From: Tubiluchus corallicola
Taxonomy: Eukaryota; Animalia; Priapulida
DNA: 64,000 nt
Assembly (NCBI GenBank): GCA_030141605.1
Contig: JAQGDQ010000011.1
Coordinates: 1,445,319 to 1,509,318, forward strand
Direction of reading: 5' to 3'
In this document: in pieces, positions 13,801 through 27,779 of the stretch
Numbering within the stretch: position 1 is the stretch's first letter
Layout: every line of letters starts with the position of its first letter
The notes under the pieces: model-generated
Told to the model about the DNA's origin: nothing
Database searches by the model: none
The model's input: the letters and a program-made list of their open reading frames with translations, nothing else
Position numbers and translations under genes: made by a program

Positions 13801-16800
13801 TGCTTGTCAGAGTACATGTTTTATTTGTGTTTCACTCTGTACAAGTTTTTGTAATTCCATCTTTTGTATTAAAAGTCCAATGACTGGAATGAACGTATTT
13901 CTTTATCAGTAACAAATAAAAACAAATGATTTTATACTACCACAATAATTTGAATCACTGCACAATTTTTTTTAAAAGATTCATTGCGTGCCCTGCACCA
14001 GGACCCAAAGTAAACTATGTATAAATAACAAAAATACATTGAGAAATTTTTTGAGTGACCAAATGGTGGTGAATGTCCTGAACGAGAAATCATTGTTGAT
14101 ATGAACAATAACAATTACAGCCACAACTTACTGCACAACAGGCCCAATTTTAAGCCAGTTAGACAGATTTATTCAAGTTGAGCCCCTCTCCAAGAGGACG
14201 CAAGCACACGCTCGATCAGACAACTCTATGATGAATTAATGAGTGCCCAGCGTACACGAACTTTCTTCATACTGCGAAGGTAGTGAAACTATTCAGTCTG
14301 TCCTTGCATATCTACATTTCAATGTTTTTTTGCTGATCATCTGTTTATTTGTTTTGTAATTTTAGCTTACCGGCACCATTTATCTTCTTAAAAAAGGTAG
14401 CTGGGGGAGCCTTATATGAATTAGTTAAGTCATCATTGGATTTAACTTAGTAATTTGTGGAAAATATTCAAACCCCCACACAGAAAGAATGCAGTTAATG
14501 AATTTATATAACCTAGAGCTTGGAATATAAAGTTGTGTTGTTAGTTAGGTATGTCCAAAATGTTTATACTGTTTTGCAGCATCCGCGATATAAAAATGAT
14601 TAAAACATAACTATGGTCAAACAGTGATGATGAGTGAGACTAAAAAATTTGGGTGATGCTATCTATAGCAAATTACATTACAAAATCCATTGACATTGAA
14701 ATGATTTTGAAAGATTTCTCTGATAAAAAAGCAAGAAATGTCTGTTTTTAGAAGGCTTATGCACAAAAAGTATGTCAGCGATTATCAAGAATTATAACAA
14801 AACATTAAAACTCTCATATGATCTTTCAGTTTTTAGTATATCAATGTAGCTAATGGTGGAGCTTCAAGCCCTCAGTGATTTTTGGCTGGGACTGACATAT
14901 TGCACGAAGCACAAAACGTCAATAATCAGCTTGTGTAGGGTAGAGGGCCCAACTAACCATTTTCTAGTTGGGCCCTACACTTCCTAGCACCAGCCCTGTC
15001 TACCAAACATAAATGGATAGCCTCCCAAAACAAATCACTCGCATAATCCACAATAAAATACATCAGTTCTTCCTTATCTAAGGCCCCAATCCCCATGCTG
15101 AGAACATTAGAAATACGAACAATGCTATAGATACATGACTGAAAGCTAAAATAATGTGGATGCAGTCATGAGACAAAACTTTTTTGCTGTCTCCAATTAC
15201 ATACCTACAGGTAACCCATCAGCAATAAACTCCTACCTGCAGGCTGGTCCTTCACACCAATATCTCTAGTCGTCCATCGACAGAAAGCGCAGGCCAGATA
15301 GTAAACCTTCTTCTGAGTACCAGTAACCGAATGCGGAGAATCTGTGGCAGAATCAGGCTGCTCAATGGGACTAGATGGTTCAGGATTGACCAATGCTGTA
15401 GCCCTGGTGGACAGTGAATGACCACAACTTGGACAGTCGAAACAATTGACACACCTAATGACAAAAGCAGAAGTTTTCTTTTAAAGGAAACCACTTTAAA
15501 ATAGCATAATAGTTTTGACTGTATCTCACCATGCCTTATATTTTAAATGACTATTATGTACATTTTATTACCTATAATAACTATCGAAATATTTTTCATT
15601 ATAAATATTAATACTTAATATAAACTTAATGAGTGGCTAGCAGATTGGAGTCACAACTAATGATGACATCACCTTTGTGTTCAGTTTTCCAATGAAAAGC
15701 ATCTTCCACATACGGTTATCAAACATTAACTTTGACAGAATAAATACAAGGCACCCGGTTGGTGGGTAGGTACTTTAACACTGTGCCTAGCCAATAACTC
15801 TAGTGAACTTCTTTTACCCTTAATAGAAGATGGTTTTGCACCCAAAATGAGTATGTCAACTACCAAGTGAAAAAATTTCATACATAACGTCAACACATTT
15901 GCAAGTATATACTGGTATTGTCTTAATGATATATTATTTTGTGCAGGCTAGTTTCGAAAGATCAAAATGATTGAGTTTCATTTAGGTTTATTTTTTATAT
16001 CAAAATTCAAATGATTTTGGCATGTACTATATTCTATATGCATGGCTTTAAGGAAAAAACTTGCCAACCTGTTTTTCTTTAATTTTGCTTCGGCAGAAGG
16101 GGTGTTTTCCAAACAACTCGGACAGCAGTGATTATCTACCTAAAAATTGCATAATAAGATCATTTATTGACTATCATAAATTAATGAATTGAATTCATTC
16201 GAATTCCTGCTAGCCTGATGGCATCAACCAGAGAGATTATCCATTTTACATAGCTATGTAGCTAACTATTTAACTAATAAAATTACAACGAACTAATTAA
16301 TGGTAATAATCCTTTAACATTAATTAACCAAAAAGTAACAGTGTCTTCATAGGCACATACACCTTCTAACACAAAATTAGCACACCTGAAATATACAAAT
16401 TTACTTTATGGCATATAAATCGGTAGAAAGAGTTAAAGTTCACAAAAGAAAAGAAAAACAACAGCTACAAATAACAGCAAGCCTAGGAGCATTCAGGTCA
16501 GAAATTAAAGGCTGTAGCGAATGATCTCTACAGACTTTCAAACTGGCATTGCAGATTAGCTGGCTTTGCACACCTCATGTAGGCCCAAGCAAAACACCAG
16601 GATCTATGTTCATTAATACAAAGATGTAGTAAACACGGCAATAGTTTACTGGCCACATGGACCTGGTGTGCAGATGACTTCTACATGTGCTCAGACAAAT
16701 TTACTGGAATTTCTAGGATGAACGGCATCAAATCTGCACCCGAGAAAGTAACAATTCCAAATAGAATAGTTCTGATAAAGAGCTGTGTGCAAGATTTTTG

Positions 16801-17537
16801 TGTGCAGAATCACAAATACCGATTAAGTTAAGGTTGGAGCATACTATTTTGAAGACCAAGCTGAGATCAGCTTTGAGTCTTCTAATCAATTTACTCTCTG
16901 CTTGTATGAAGAAAAAGTTTGTGAAGAAGATGATGGGTGAAGTATTTCTAGGTCAAGGTTTGCAAGGATAAATACAGGGTTAAAGTTGCATAACAGTTCT
17001 AAATAATTACTATTCAATGAACGGACGCTATCAAATTTCAATTCAATTGGATATATAATAAATGATATAACATAATTTGATATATATGATATTATATATA
17101 TAATATGATATATGTGTGTGTGTGTGTGTACACTTCTGGAGCTGCAAAAATGCGATGCACAGAGTAAGTGAAAATCACTGAATTTCTTTCTAGGACCCAA
17201 GCTGGCGGTCAGAAATCTATCTAAATTTGCATTTTGGTGGTTATCGATAACTGTGCACGTATGTGTTATCACCGTGTAAAAAAACTCTTGCTTCAGAATA
17301 GAGACTTCTAAGTTCTATATGATTCTACGAGGAAATACTAGCGACTCGGCTAAACAATGCACGCACTTTTCAACCTGGATAACATAAAAAATAAAACAAC
17401 TTTTATACCTCGTGCGAGACGCATTTTGAACATCTCAGTTTAATACAGTGTTTACAGAAATGAAGCAGAGCAAAAGGAGTTAACTTTCCACAATCACAGA
17501 GATACTTCACATTTTCTACCGCATAGTATGTCGCCAT
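4840..17537 (-). CDS. DCTN4: Dynactin subunit 4 (p62), 12 coding exons, ~458 aa
   Basis: Exons (-): 17537-17409, 16139-16069, 15454-15237, 13089-13046, 11779-11669, 10840-10669, 9676-9493, 7993-7939, 7161-7063, 6946-6846, 5457-5379, 4953-4840. All are GT-AG, phases are consistent, total 1377 nt. Motifs match p62: [83 protein letters not shown]. Confidence 0.96.
8338..9161. mobile_element. hAT-type MITE in a DCTN4 intron
   Basis: TIRs taggggtgca...tgcatcccta; 8-bp TSD cattcatc/cattcatt; internal accgaa repeats. Confidence 0.8.
11081..11629 (+). mobile_element. TTAA-ended (Kolobok-like) non-autonomous element, second copy at ~35271-35884
   Basis: Long colinear similarity between the two copies, with a shared end ttaagattgggtccagtttt(c/g)ctttaa. 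Confidence 0.7.
12206..12660 (+). mobile_element. Interspersed repeat (TTAA-ended), second copy at ~42683-43160
   Basis: Shared blocks such as gtgaatcagtggtgcacactgg and ttttaccag.tggtgcaaacattt; colinear over ~450 bp. Confidence 0.75.
13733..13794. repeat. 31-bp tandem duplication
   Basis: atctttataaattataaaaaatat(c/t)tgtttt x2. Confidence 0.85.
14139..14998 (+). mobile_element. Internally deleted hAT element retaining a degenerate transposase C-terminus (hATC dimerisation region)
   Basis: CAGG...CCTG ends. 14594-14751 reads [45 protein letters not shown], like the RSTM..ERL..L..LSIE...F...KAR end of hAT transposases. Confidence 0.65.
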
Positions 17538-19116
17538 TTTTCTGAGAAATGCAGAATTGTAGCGCTACCTTTTAGGCAAAAATACAATTAAATAACTGGT
17601 CTTGTTACCCACGACCAACACACACGACGGCCTGATATTTCGATTCTAACTATCACTGCTGATAGTGTCGAACATCAATCGTTCGAGTATGTAGAATAAT
17701 TCCATATATGTTAACAGCTGCTCGTTCAGAATAGACTTCCAGGCAAATCAAGTAAAAAAATGTCAGGTTTCGTGTTGATAAAAACACCATTTGCACAGCA
17801 ATGTAAATGGACTGATTAAACTGAAATTAATTCCGTGTTTAATAATGAAGGAAAACAGTCTGTTCCATAACCGAAAGTACTATAAAATAAAGGGGACTTA
17901 TTTTTAATTTGCTCACCTGATATTGATGACAACTCTCTTTTGCATTAGCTAGTACTAAATGATGAGTGCCACCTGATGGCAAATGTTAGTCAACTGACCA
18001 GTTTTTGCATTCTAATCAGTTTATCTGACCTGTTGAGTACAGTTTAACTGGGGAAATGCTCTGCCTCCTTGTGTGCCAGGATAGGTTTCTAGTGCATGCA
18101 AATTTAATGCATGTTTTAAAGGCTGCAACATTAATGTTATTGATAATGTCTTCAGGCAGTAAATTCCTTAGGTTTACTATGTTTGAGAAACTAAACTACC
18201 CTCAGCTGTCTTTTGTATATTCTATACTTGGGACCTCTAGTTACAGAAGGATGTCAATCAAGGAACACTGCAGGATTAAAGTTCGAAACATGTGTGAAAA
18301 TTTTATACATCATGATTAGTACATCTGTATGGAAGGCTATAAACCATCGATATTAGCTCCTCCATGTAATAAAAGCTAAACTATATTTTTAGAACTGCTA
18401 CTTCTGGAAGCAAAGTGTAATGCCGATTTTTTTGTTATTATCTGCAGCATTTACGTCAGAACCTCTATCTATCAGCAACAAAACTATATTTCATTGTTCT
18501 GTACCATTGCTAAATGTAATTGAGTTTCCTTTCTTTTACTCACAACATGGACGTTGACAACAGGACCCATCATTAAAGCAACAATGTATAGAAAAAACTG
18601 AAAACTGGAGTTTGTTATTAATGCAACAATTATTAATGCTTGATCTTCGATACTGGTTGGTGTATTTTAAATAAGTTTGTTTGCATCTTGCAAGCAACAA
18701 ATTCTGAATTGTTTCAAATCTTTATGACAATGTAATCATAAAAAGTCAATCTATACAAATGCTGTCAATACATAAACATGTACAACTATCACGCACAAAT
18801 TTTTACATGGCAGACAAACTAACATTCTTTATTTCTTCTCACGGTGATGTGCCAGTCTATAAGTAAGCCAGCCAAAAAAGGTCATGCAAAGCTTCAAAAT
18901 GATGGAGTGACATCAAAACACCTGTACGATTATGTCCGTCATTAGGACTCATAGAATAACAATAGCATTGTCAAAGTTACAGAGCCAAAGCAGACCTTTT
19001 GATAACATCTATAGGAGGCTTATCAATGTACTTCTGTTACTCGACTAATACTAAGAATCTTCAACATACATTAAAATTCACTTCTTTCTGAACAAACATC
19101 AGAAGAAGATTATCAA

Positions 19117-19523
19117 TCAGGACTCTTCAAGTGAATTCAGCTGAGCACAGACTGTCAAACATTCTGCACATTGAATCTCTTTATTGACATCAATTGCTAA
19201 AGCTTCTCCCCGTAAACTCGTCTTACTAGGTTCATCTGCTGCAGATTCTGCGCACACTCTTAGTTTATTTAGACAATCTATCATAGGGTTTTCATCATCA
19301 GGTGCTGACTGCAAAACGTCACCTAAACAAAAATAAAAGATTTACAATTCGGACATAGAGTTACAGCTTATCATTAAAAAAAATTTCATTTTTGAACACA
19401 ATGAGTCATTTACGTTAAGGAAGAAATATAAATTGTCACTCTGTGAGCAATACACATCAATTGTATACATACATAAATATTATTTAATGAAAGAGAGCAG
19501 GGAGAGGAGGGAGAAAAGGGAGA

Positions 19524-19569
<46 letters not shown>

Positions 19570-19584
19570 AGGGAGGGAGGGAGG

Positions 19585-19678
<94 letters not shown>

Positions 19679-22600
19679 AAGAAAAAGAGAATGAGAGGGG
19701 TCCATACTGCTTTTGTATGTTTAAAGCACATATGTGACTAATCAATTTCGTTAAAATCTTCATACATTGTGATAACTCCTCCAGTGAATGATTGCACTTG
19801 TCATTCCTTGCAAAGTCTTCTGGAGATAATAACAACTGTGAAGGCCTGCAACCATAATGTGAAAATGTAACTTTGGATCCATAAACATGCAGCCTTAATG
19901 CCTAACAAACAAAGGTGTTTGTAAATGCAATATACAGACCTATATACAGTCTGTCCAAACAAGAATTCGCACTCGTTCAAAAAAATAAAAAAATTCAGCC
20001 TAATAAACTTGCAAACATTTGCATAATATCCCTGGCAGTCTTGGCAGTAGCAGTAGTCATTATAGTTGTTGTTATTGTTATGTTGTTGGTGTCATGAAGT
20101 AGATTTAGTTAAATTTAAACTGAATTTGGCATAATTATGAACTCCATGTGGACAAATAGTCAGAGTGTATATCATAGCATGTGACTTATATTGCTATAGA
20201 ATTGATTTTTCCTTTCCTTTCTGTATTTACAGGCCTGTAGCCAAAATATCAGAAAATAATCAGATTTAAATCTTTTAACTGTGGGAGTCCGGTTTTAAGC
20301 AAATTCCTTTGTGTAGAAATTGGCTTACCACAAAATTGGGATTATTTGTCCACTTGATTATGCATTTGTGATACTAAAAAACCAATCAGGTACAGACTTT
20401 TGTGAAAAATTGACAAATTATAGTAGCAAGGAATGCAAGGATCAATATTGTGTTAACTATAAAAAATACGTTTGTTAAATATATCCTTATACATGTAACT
20501 TTTAGCCCTATAGAAAAATGCATGATGTCATTTGTAGATTTAAATTCCACATTTGCACAAAGAGAGATTGCTAGCCTACATTGAACAATACTTCAAAAGT
20601 GTGTCACTAAATGGCTATTTTTGCCTAATAATCGAACACTGTTTTTCTATTGTACAACATGGCGCCCATTGTTTGCCATACAACAGACCATAGAAGTTGT
20701 ATAAGAACTTGGTACCCTTTGTTTGCCATACAACAGACCACAGATTTGTATGAGAACTTGGCACCCACCGTTTGCTACACAACAGACCACAGAATTTGCA
20801 TTACAACTTGGCACCCTTTGTTTGCCATACAACAGACCACAGATTTGTATGAGAACTTGGCACCCACCGTTTGCTACACAACAGACCACAGAATTTGCAT
20901 TACAACTTGGAGCCCATTGTTTACTATACAACAGATTATAGAATTTGTATTAGAAGTTGGCACCCATTGTTTGCCATACAACAGACCATAGAATTTGCAT
21001 TAGCATGTGGCGTGCATTGTGGCTTTCCTTTTTGACTAGTAATCTCTCTTTATGCACTAGTGGCATTTAAATCTACGGACTTAATCATATTTGTAATTGT
21101 ACAATCTTGTAACACAATAATAGTTTTAGTTCTATTTTGGCTTCGATTATAATTATTGAACATTTATTAACGAAAAACAGACTTTTAGGTGCTTGTAAAG
21201 CTGCTTATGGCACTTGAATTATGATGCAAAACAGTTACAATTCTATTATGATCCAACATTAACATCACAATTACACACGTAAATCCTTTGACTGATAGAC
21301 ATGCATATAACTGCTACATTTTGTTTATCTTCTATACAGCATTTGCACAGTGCAGTGTAAAGCAAGGACTATTTCTCTGAGGTGCCTTATATGGAAGGTA
21401 TAAGGTTTTCTGCTACAAAATCTTACTTCCTTATAAAGCTACTTTGTAAGGTCCTCACCTTTCACTTAAATCCATATCTTGACCACATTTGGCACAACAA
21501 CTGTTCTTTTCTGCACATGAGCCGCATACAATATGGTAAGCAAACTTTACTTTCTTCTGTTGACATTTTGTACTGAAAGACAAAATAAGTTTTTTTCTGA
21601 TTTCTGTTATTTGTAAAAAAGCCACAGATTTTATGTGTGTTTAGAATGTAACCAGAATGATGATGATTGCTAGAAAATACGAAAACTGCCTAGTATACAC
21701 CATTTTTTTTAATAAAATTAAGATACACGTATTTGAATGCAAGAGAAACACATACATATACGTACATACAGCCTGCTATAGTATGGGTGATATTATGCCT
21801 CTTTAACCATAGCTATGCTATCATTAGGAAAATTAAACTCAAGTGGCAATGTAGGACTTTATTACATTGAAATAAGCATCTCTTGAAATCTAGTGTCTAT
21901 AATAAAATAAAGCATACTTTGTATTTTTAGTTTCTACTGACAAAACTGGCTTCAATCAGAGAGGAAATGGCAATAAAATGAAACATATAAACAATCTGCA
22001 TTAATTTTTTTATGAAAAGAATTTCAGCTTTTATCAGATTGGGCAGAAAGACAATGTCTACAGTCATTTAGTTTTGAAGCTTCTGCTGTATTTTATAATG
22101 CCATACTTGACCATACTTATACTGCCATACTATCGTTCTATAGCAGTGGCGGCTCGTGTATAGGAATAATAATATAATATAATAATATTATAATTCAATA
22201 TAATAATCTTTTTTCTTTAGTTCTTTCTTTATACTTGTGCACCGGAGCACGCGAGGGAAGTACAATTTGCTTCACAGCCCAAGCAACGTGGTCTGAGATA
22301 AGATGCTGTACTTTAGGTAGAAAGAGTACTGTCGCTTACTGCAGTATGTGTTGTCAGTCGTCACATGCTTAAAAGCGTGTATTGGCATATTCTTGAACTG
22401 CGACAATTTAGGCTATTCATGAGAAAACAATATTTTTTGCTTATGAGTTTATCAAGGTTATGTTTAAATTAGTCTGTTTGTTTAAAATTACAATTACAGC
22501 AGTATAATTACATATGTTTATTTCGTTCTACACAGTATTAAAACAATGGCTAAAATTTTTTTAAATTTTACAGCACCCCCACTAATTTTAACTACGAGCC

Positions 22601-22884
22601 GACACTGCTCTATAGTAAAACACCGTGTAAAACATCTTGTATGTTCATTAAACAACTGGCATAGAAATTGAAACTTACCATTTCTTGGGCACTGATAATG
22701 GCTTATACTTTTTATACTTGATCTTCCAGTCAATAATCTGTTTGCATCTATTGCACACTCCTTCTATCTCCATCCTATTTAACATTTTTGTTCTCTGGCT
22801 CACATCATGCATGTCGTTCTTAAACACTTTCACGTTTTTGTGTTTTTGAGCCCTTTTCGTTAAATTTCCTCTTTGACAACTCAT
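19117..22884 (-). CDS. C9orf85: C9orf85 homolog (DUF2039 Cys-rich protein), 4 coding exons, ~201 aa
   Basis: Exons (-): 22884-22679, 21572-21459, 19845-19766, 19322-19117; in phase, 606 nt. MSCQRGN..RAQKHKN..FKND..GVCNRCKQIIDWKIKYKKYKPLSVPKKCTKCQQKKVKFAYHIVCGSCA..CAKCG matches C9orf85. The last two exons are less conserved and less certain. Confidence 0.88.
19508..19676. repeat. (GA)n / (GGGA)n microsatellite
   Basis: Directly visible; it produces the spurious SLSL/ERER ORFs. Confidence 0.97.
20651..21020. repeat. Minisatellite, ~7.5 units of 49-50 bp with a 99-bp higher-order dimer
   Basis: Unit gtttgccatacaacagacca(c/t)aga(a)tttg(t/c)at..(g/c)aacttggcaccc...; 20721-20819 is repeated almost exactly at 20820-20918. 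Confidence 0.95.
22144..22607. mobile_element. hAT-type MITE in C9orf85 intron 1
   Basis: TIRs cagtggcggctcgtg / tacgagccgacactg; 8-bp TSD ttctatag/ctctatag. Confidence 0.8.
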
Positions 22885-24349
22885 GTTTTAGATCCTGAGA
22901 AATACAAAATTGCTGACTGAAATTTGTTAGAAATGACCAAGTTGACTGATCATCTTTTTTAGCATTCGTTTGTGTATTTTGTATAACTTTAAAAAATATT
23001 ATGCTGTAATGAACAGTTGGACATCAAAGTACACATTTTTAAATACAGAAAGCAAAACTGTTTACCCAAGACAAATCTCCTGATCAGAAATAAGAAAATA
23101 TTTATAGTGCTTAATAACTAGTTTGGTCTGGCCTATTTATATTGCTCGCAAAGTTCCTGTTGTCCCATCATAAATATTTTTATTTTTAGGTATTTGGCTA
23201 TTATAGAGAGTGACTGAAATACAACTTTTTTCAACTTAGTTATTCATTTATTATACTTCACAAGTTACAAACTTGTGTTAGTGAGCACTGATTAAAAGGG
23301 GTCATTTAAAACTTGCATGACTGAAGCGGCTGAATATGAAGGAATGAAAAACAACACTTGAAGAAAATTGTCTAGCTTTGACGGAAGACCAAAGTACAAA
23401 TCGTTTTTAGAACTTTTGTCCACTTGATGCACATTAGGTTTCAGTGTGGGCCAAACTACTTCAAAGTGGTGCTTGAAAAAATATTGTGCGAGGTAACATG
23501 ACAGCCTGTTCTTAGAAGCAGAAAATCGCTATTCACGAAAATAAAACCACCATAGGTAATAATATTTGTAAAGTCACTACCAGGAAACACTAGAACTGCA
23601 CAGATTTAACAAAAATAATCTGTTTTACTGAAAACACTAAAGAAGTTTCACATAAGCAACACACTCATCAGCTTAAGGCGGTAACGTTACAGCTGACTAC
23701 AGGGATCCCAGATTGGGCGAGGCTAATGGTAAATAATAGTAATGCCTACATCATAAGTAGGATGTAACCGATGTCACAGAGGTGAGTGTTGGCACAATTG
23801 AAACCACAGTGCTCTTACACTTCTTCATACTTATGAAAGAAAGTGTGGAGTTGGTCCGAGCCACAGAACGAGGCAGCACTATAAAACATTTTCCTTAACT
23901 GTTTATTTAATTCATAGGTGGCGCCAATAGCAAACTACTAGTAATTTAATTTCCATTATAGAACATAGGTGGTACCGCCCAGTTACTATAAGCATCTTGC
24001 ATGCTAGCATGCATCCAGGCAAGAATTGGTAGATATTTATAGAAATGAAGCCGGCTTTTACATGGACAAGCCTAAATGGTTACTCACTCACATAAATATA
24101 TTTGGCAGGCTCTTCATGAAGCCATCAATCAAATTAAATAAAATATGCCGGACAAATTATGTCCGCCAAAATATTATACTTAGGGTATCATTTTAAGTAC
24201 AATATCATATAATGATTATCAAAATCATTATCAATGTCATTAGCACAACATCAATGCATCCACAAACAAATACTCATCATGATTAACACACCGTAATGAT
24301 CGGTTTCTAACATCCTCATATCATTTTAGGAGACTGCAGTTGTCCAAAC

Positions 24350-25960
24350 AATGCTTGAGGATTTTACAGCAAACGAGATGATTTTACAACAAACGAGATT
24401 GCATTGTACATAAAAATACCAAATTATAATGTCATGGAATCAACTATAAACATCATAAAATCGTAATTATCAGTCAAAATCATTGTTATCATTAGAGTTC
24501 TATCATTATGCTCTTCTTCTTCTTCATCATCTTCTTCTCTTCCAGTCAAAGGTCCATGCTTGGTCCAATATAGGCGAGAAAAACGAGATCTTCCACTGGA
24601 GGTATGGACATTGGCATCTGGGTACAATGTCTCAAGTTATCCTTGACCCCACAGGCAGGGTTGTCAGTGTGGACGGGCAGTATGTCCTTATTATAAACTG
24701 TTGCTGCCACGTCATCGATGTCAGAAATTCACCATTATCAAAAGTGTCACTATCAATCGTTATATCATCACATCATCTAGGCAGCTAAAGCTGATAAACA
24801 ACGACTGAAGATTTTACAGCAACGTTAGATTTCTGCCACATCAGAATTCGAATTCTTCAGCAACCGAAATTATATTGTACATAAAATACCACATCATCGA
24901 AGGAGTTTGTTAAATATCATATAATCATCATCAACACTTCATTCTCTGCCTCTGTGTAACCTTCATATTCTTCTAAAGGCGGAAGGTCTTCTAGTTGAGA
25001 GGGTCGGACAACACAGACGGGAAGGCGATGGTGGCATAGTGATGTGGGTTTGGCTGGCAACCATATTAAATGTATGTGGTTGTATGGAACATGGTAGGGA
25101 TGCAGGGATTGTGGCTGAATGGGTGATGATGGCACAACCTGCTTGTTTAGTACAATGTTTACCAAAAGGCACCTAGCAGGGTGGTGAGTGAAATTGCACA
25201 GCCATGTTTGTGACCATTACTTCGATGTGACAGTTGACGAATTGTTGTAACTCCCGTCCCTTCATGAAAATTTGATGGTTTGTCGTGGTTTGTTTCAAAA
25301 TATCAGGGAGGGCCGACCAGGCGACATTGTGAATTTTCATTTGGTGATAACATGCCTGGCATTGCATTATATAGGGTCTTTGTTGTCACGTAATGGCTAT
25401 GGTAATGCTGTAACTAATTCATCCCAAAGAGAGCCAGCAAACAAGTTGTCTACTGCAAAATTGGTATCTAAACGAGAAGAAGTCTGATTTTCATAATAAA
25501 TAGGGAGTGATCCTTGCAAATAATAAAAGGTCACTTGTTCTTTGTGAAATGGTACTACGTAATATTGTCCATTGTTTATGTGATACAAAGTGGTGGAGAC
25601 GTTGCGAATGTGATTTGCTTGTCACAGTTCTGTGCAATAAATTTTCCATCCTTTTTGAGCAAAGCGGGTAGACAGGTTCTTTACGTGTATTAAAATTAAA
25701 AATAAGCTTCACATTACGACAAGCCGAGTATTGTGTCTGCAAATAAGTACTGGTGGTTACTTCGTCTACTTCGTAACAGCATGTTCCATCCTTTGAGACT
25801 GTTAAATATATTGTAGACAGAGATATAAGCATGAACACTTTCGTAACTGGGTGAGCACTGGGCAGAGCTTAAGCCTCGTACAGAGTAAACATATCAGTTA
25901 CGCGAACGAATAGAAGTGTTAACATCGAGAAGTCTTTCGGAATTAAGACAGTTTTTATAA
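24350..25960 (-). pseudogene. Decayed intronless multi-ORF island of unknown origin (possible viral or transposon cargo relic)
   Basis: TATAAAA on the - strand at ~25953-25959, followed by broken overlapping ORFs with acidic C-termini. Both ORF blocks are followed by the same 3' motifs. No recognisable homology. Confidence 0.3.
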
Positions 25961-27779
25961 TCTATGAAAAATATTGCCAAACACTGGTATGAGGCTCTTG
26001 CAGAAATATTAAACCTTGTGATAGATAGCTTTCAATTTACCGTAAATAAAAATTAATTGCTTGTGCGGTATTAGTGATGTTGGAGTTTTGCTAGCTAACC
26101 ACATTGAAAGTGCTGCCCCAAATGACAGTCACGCAGAGATTTGTGACTCAATGTTATTGCTGCTATCTACTGGACAAAAGACGAAGCTAAAATCTGCCAT
26201 AGAAAGCATTGCGAAGTAAGGAGTCACACGCATGTTAAGTTTATTTAAATTACAAGTTGATAGGATGTACAGTGCCTCACTAAGAACTCATCAGAAGTTA
26301 TTGTGCATAACACCAAGAAAGCAATTTTGAATAACTGCACATCGGTACTCACCACTGAAAGGATTAACGAAGAATTCTGGAAAGGACGAGTAATCACCTT
26401 AATATTATAATAAGCAATAATTTGATTTTGTGAGTGATGAACTGATAATACATGTGTGCAATCCAAATGGTATGCTTTAGGTTAGCTAATGCCTGAGCAC
26501 TATGTGAGATGATCGCTTGCCGACATCCCTGTGCAGTGTGCACCCCAGCGCCACGTACCACCTCGTACCGCCGTACTATCTCACAATTTGTATCTCGCCG
26601 CAACGCAATGTATCCTGGCTCTGTACGTGAGTCGCGGTGCAGCACATGACAAAGCAGCACACAGCAGGAGATGTGCAGATACAGCGAGGCGGTACAGAAC
26701 ACACTGTCTGCAGTGCATTGTAACGACGCTGGAATATTCTGTTCGACTAGAACTCTTTTTTAATTTCTTCAGTTGTGTTAGGTAGACCTACCTTCAGTTT
26801 AGTGCTAAAGTGATTATATTGGAATGAATACTCGTGCAGGATCAACTAATGTGGATAATTCTTTTACGTTTGTTCACGGCGAAACCCTTTTTTTGTCATT
26901 GAATATCAGTGTTAATTTTGAGTATGCAGCAATATATTTCCCAAAAAGAAACTGGCAATATGGGAATCTTTGGAGCCTTTCCGATCAAGTTTTAGCGAAA
27001 TTCTGGCCCTTTTTAACGACGCCTGTTTTGGCTATTAAAGTTTTATTAAAGTTCTTCTTATGAACTTCTTATGAATGATTTTTTTGGAAATTTATAAGTA
27101 CGAACGTTCTTAGCGTTACTAACAGATTCATTCAGCCAGTTTGCCTAAAAATATTCTTAAATTTCTTCGTAACTTTACTCGCTGATTAGAACTTGCATAA
27201 GTACAGTTTTGTACGTGGCAATGGTTTTGCGGAAGAGGAAAGGTTGATAATAGAAATTTGATATGTAGAAAACATATTTTTCGCAATAGATTAGAATTAG
27301 ACCTTTCAAATGAAAGCGATATGCGAGCTATAGTTCGCACAGCAAACCATAAAGCTGCGTCTGTTTTTCTTTTTCTGTCTATATGTCTGTCTATATGTAC
27401 CTATTGACCACCTACCTACCTTAAATGCTCATCTGTGGATTGACTGACTAACCAGCCAATTGACCGACCGTCTTTTGTTTTGTTCCTCACTTCTTAGTTT
27501 GGGACTTCTTTTACACATTGTTAAGTATTGTGCTTTCTCCTGTACCAACATCGTCCACTATCGGTTAGCACGAACATTCGAGATCAAACGAGTGGTTTGA
27601 ATTCATTTAAAACCTGAAGTTGTAGATTCGAATTGTACAGCACTTCAACCACTTTATTACAACGTTTGGAATATCACGCAATTACCGCAATTTTTTGTGC
27701 ACAAGTTTTAAATGTGTGCTTGCGCAGCAAAAAATGCCGGTCAAACTTTTTTAGTTATTCAAATGTTCTGAATCTCTAG

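Noticed and set aside
19410-19835. SLSL/ERER ORFs (also 49802-50048)
   Set aside because: They are translations of (GA)n microsatellites. Only 19845-19766 is used, as a C9orf85 exon.
20651-21020. CRISPR-like array or repeat-protein ORFs
   Set aside because: The units are contiguous with no unique spacers, the context is a eukaryotic intron, and no cas genes are present. The ORFs stay open only because of the 99-bp period.
26394-26785. GC-rich ORFs on both strands
   Set aside because: They consist of short degenerate gtac/cgca repeats typical of a MITE, with no protein motifs or splice support.
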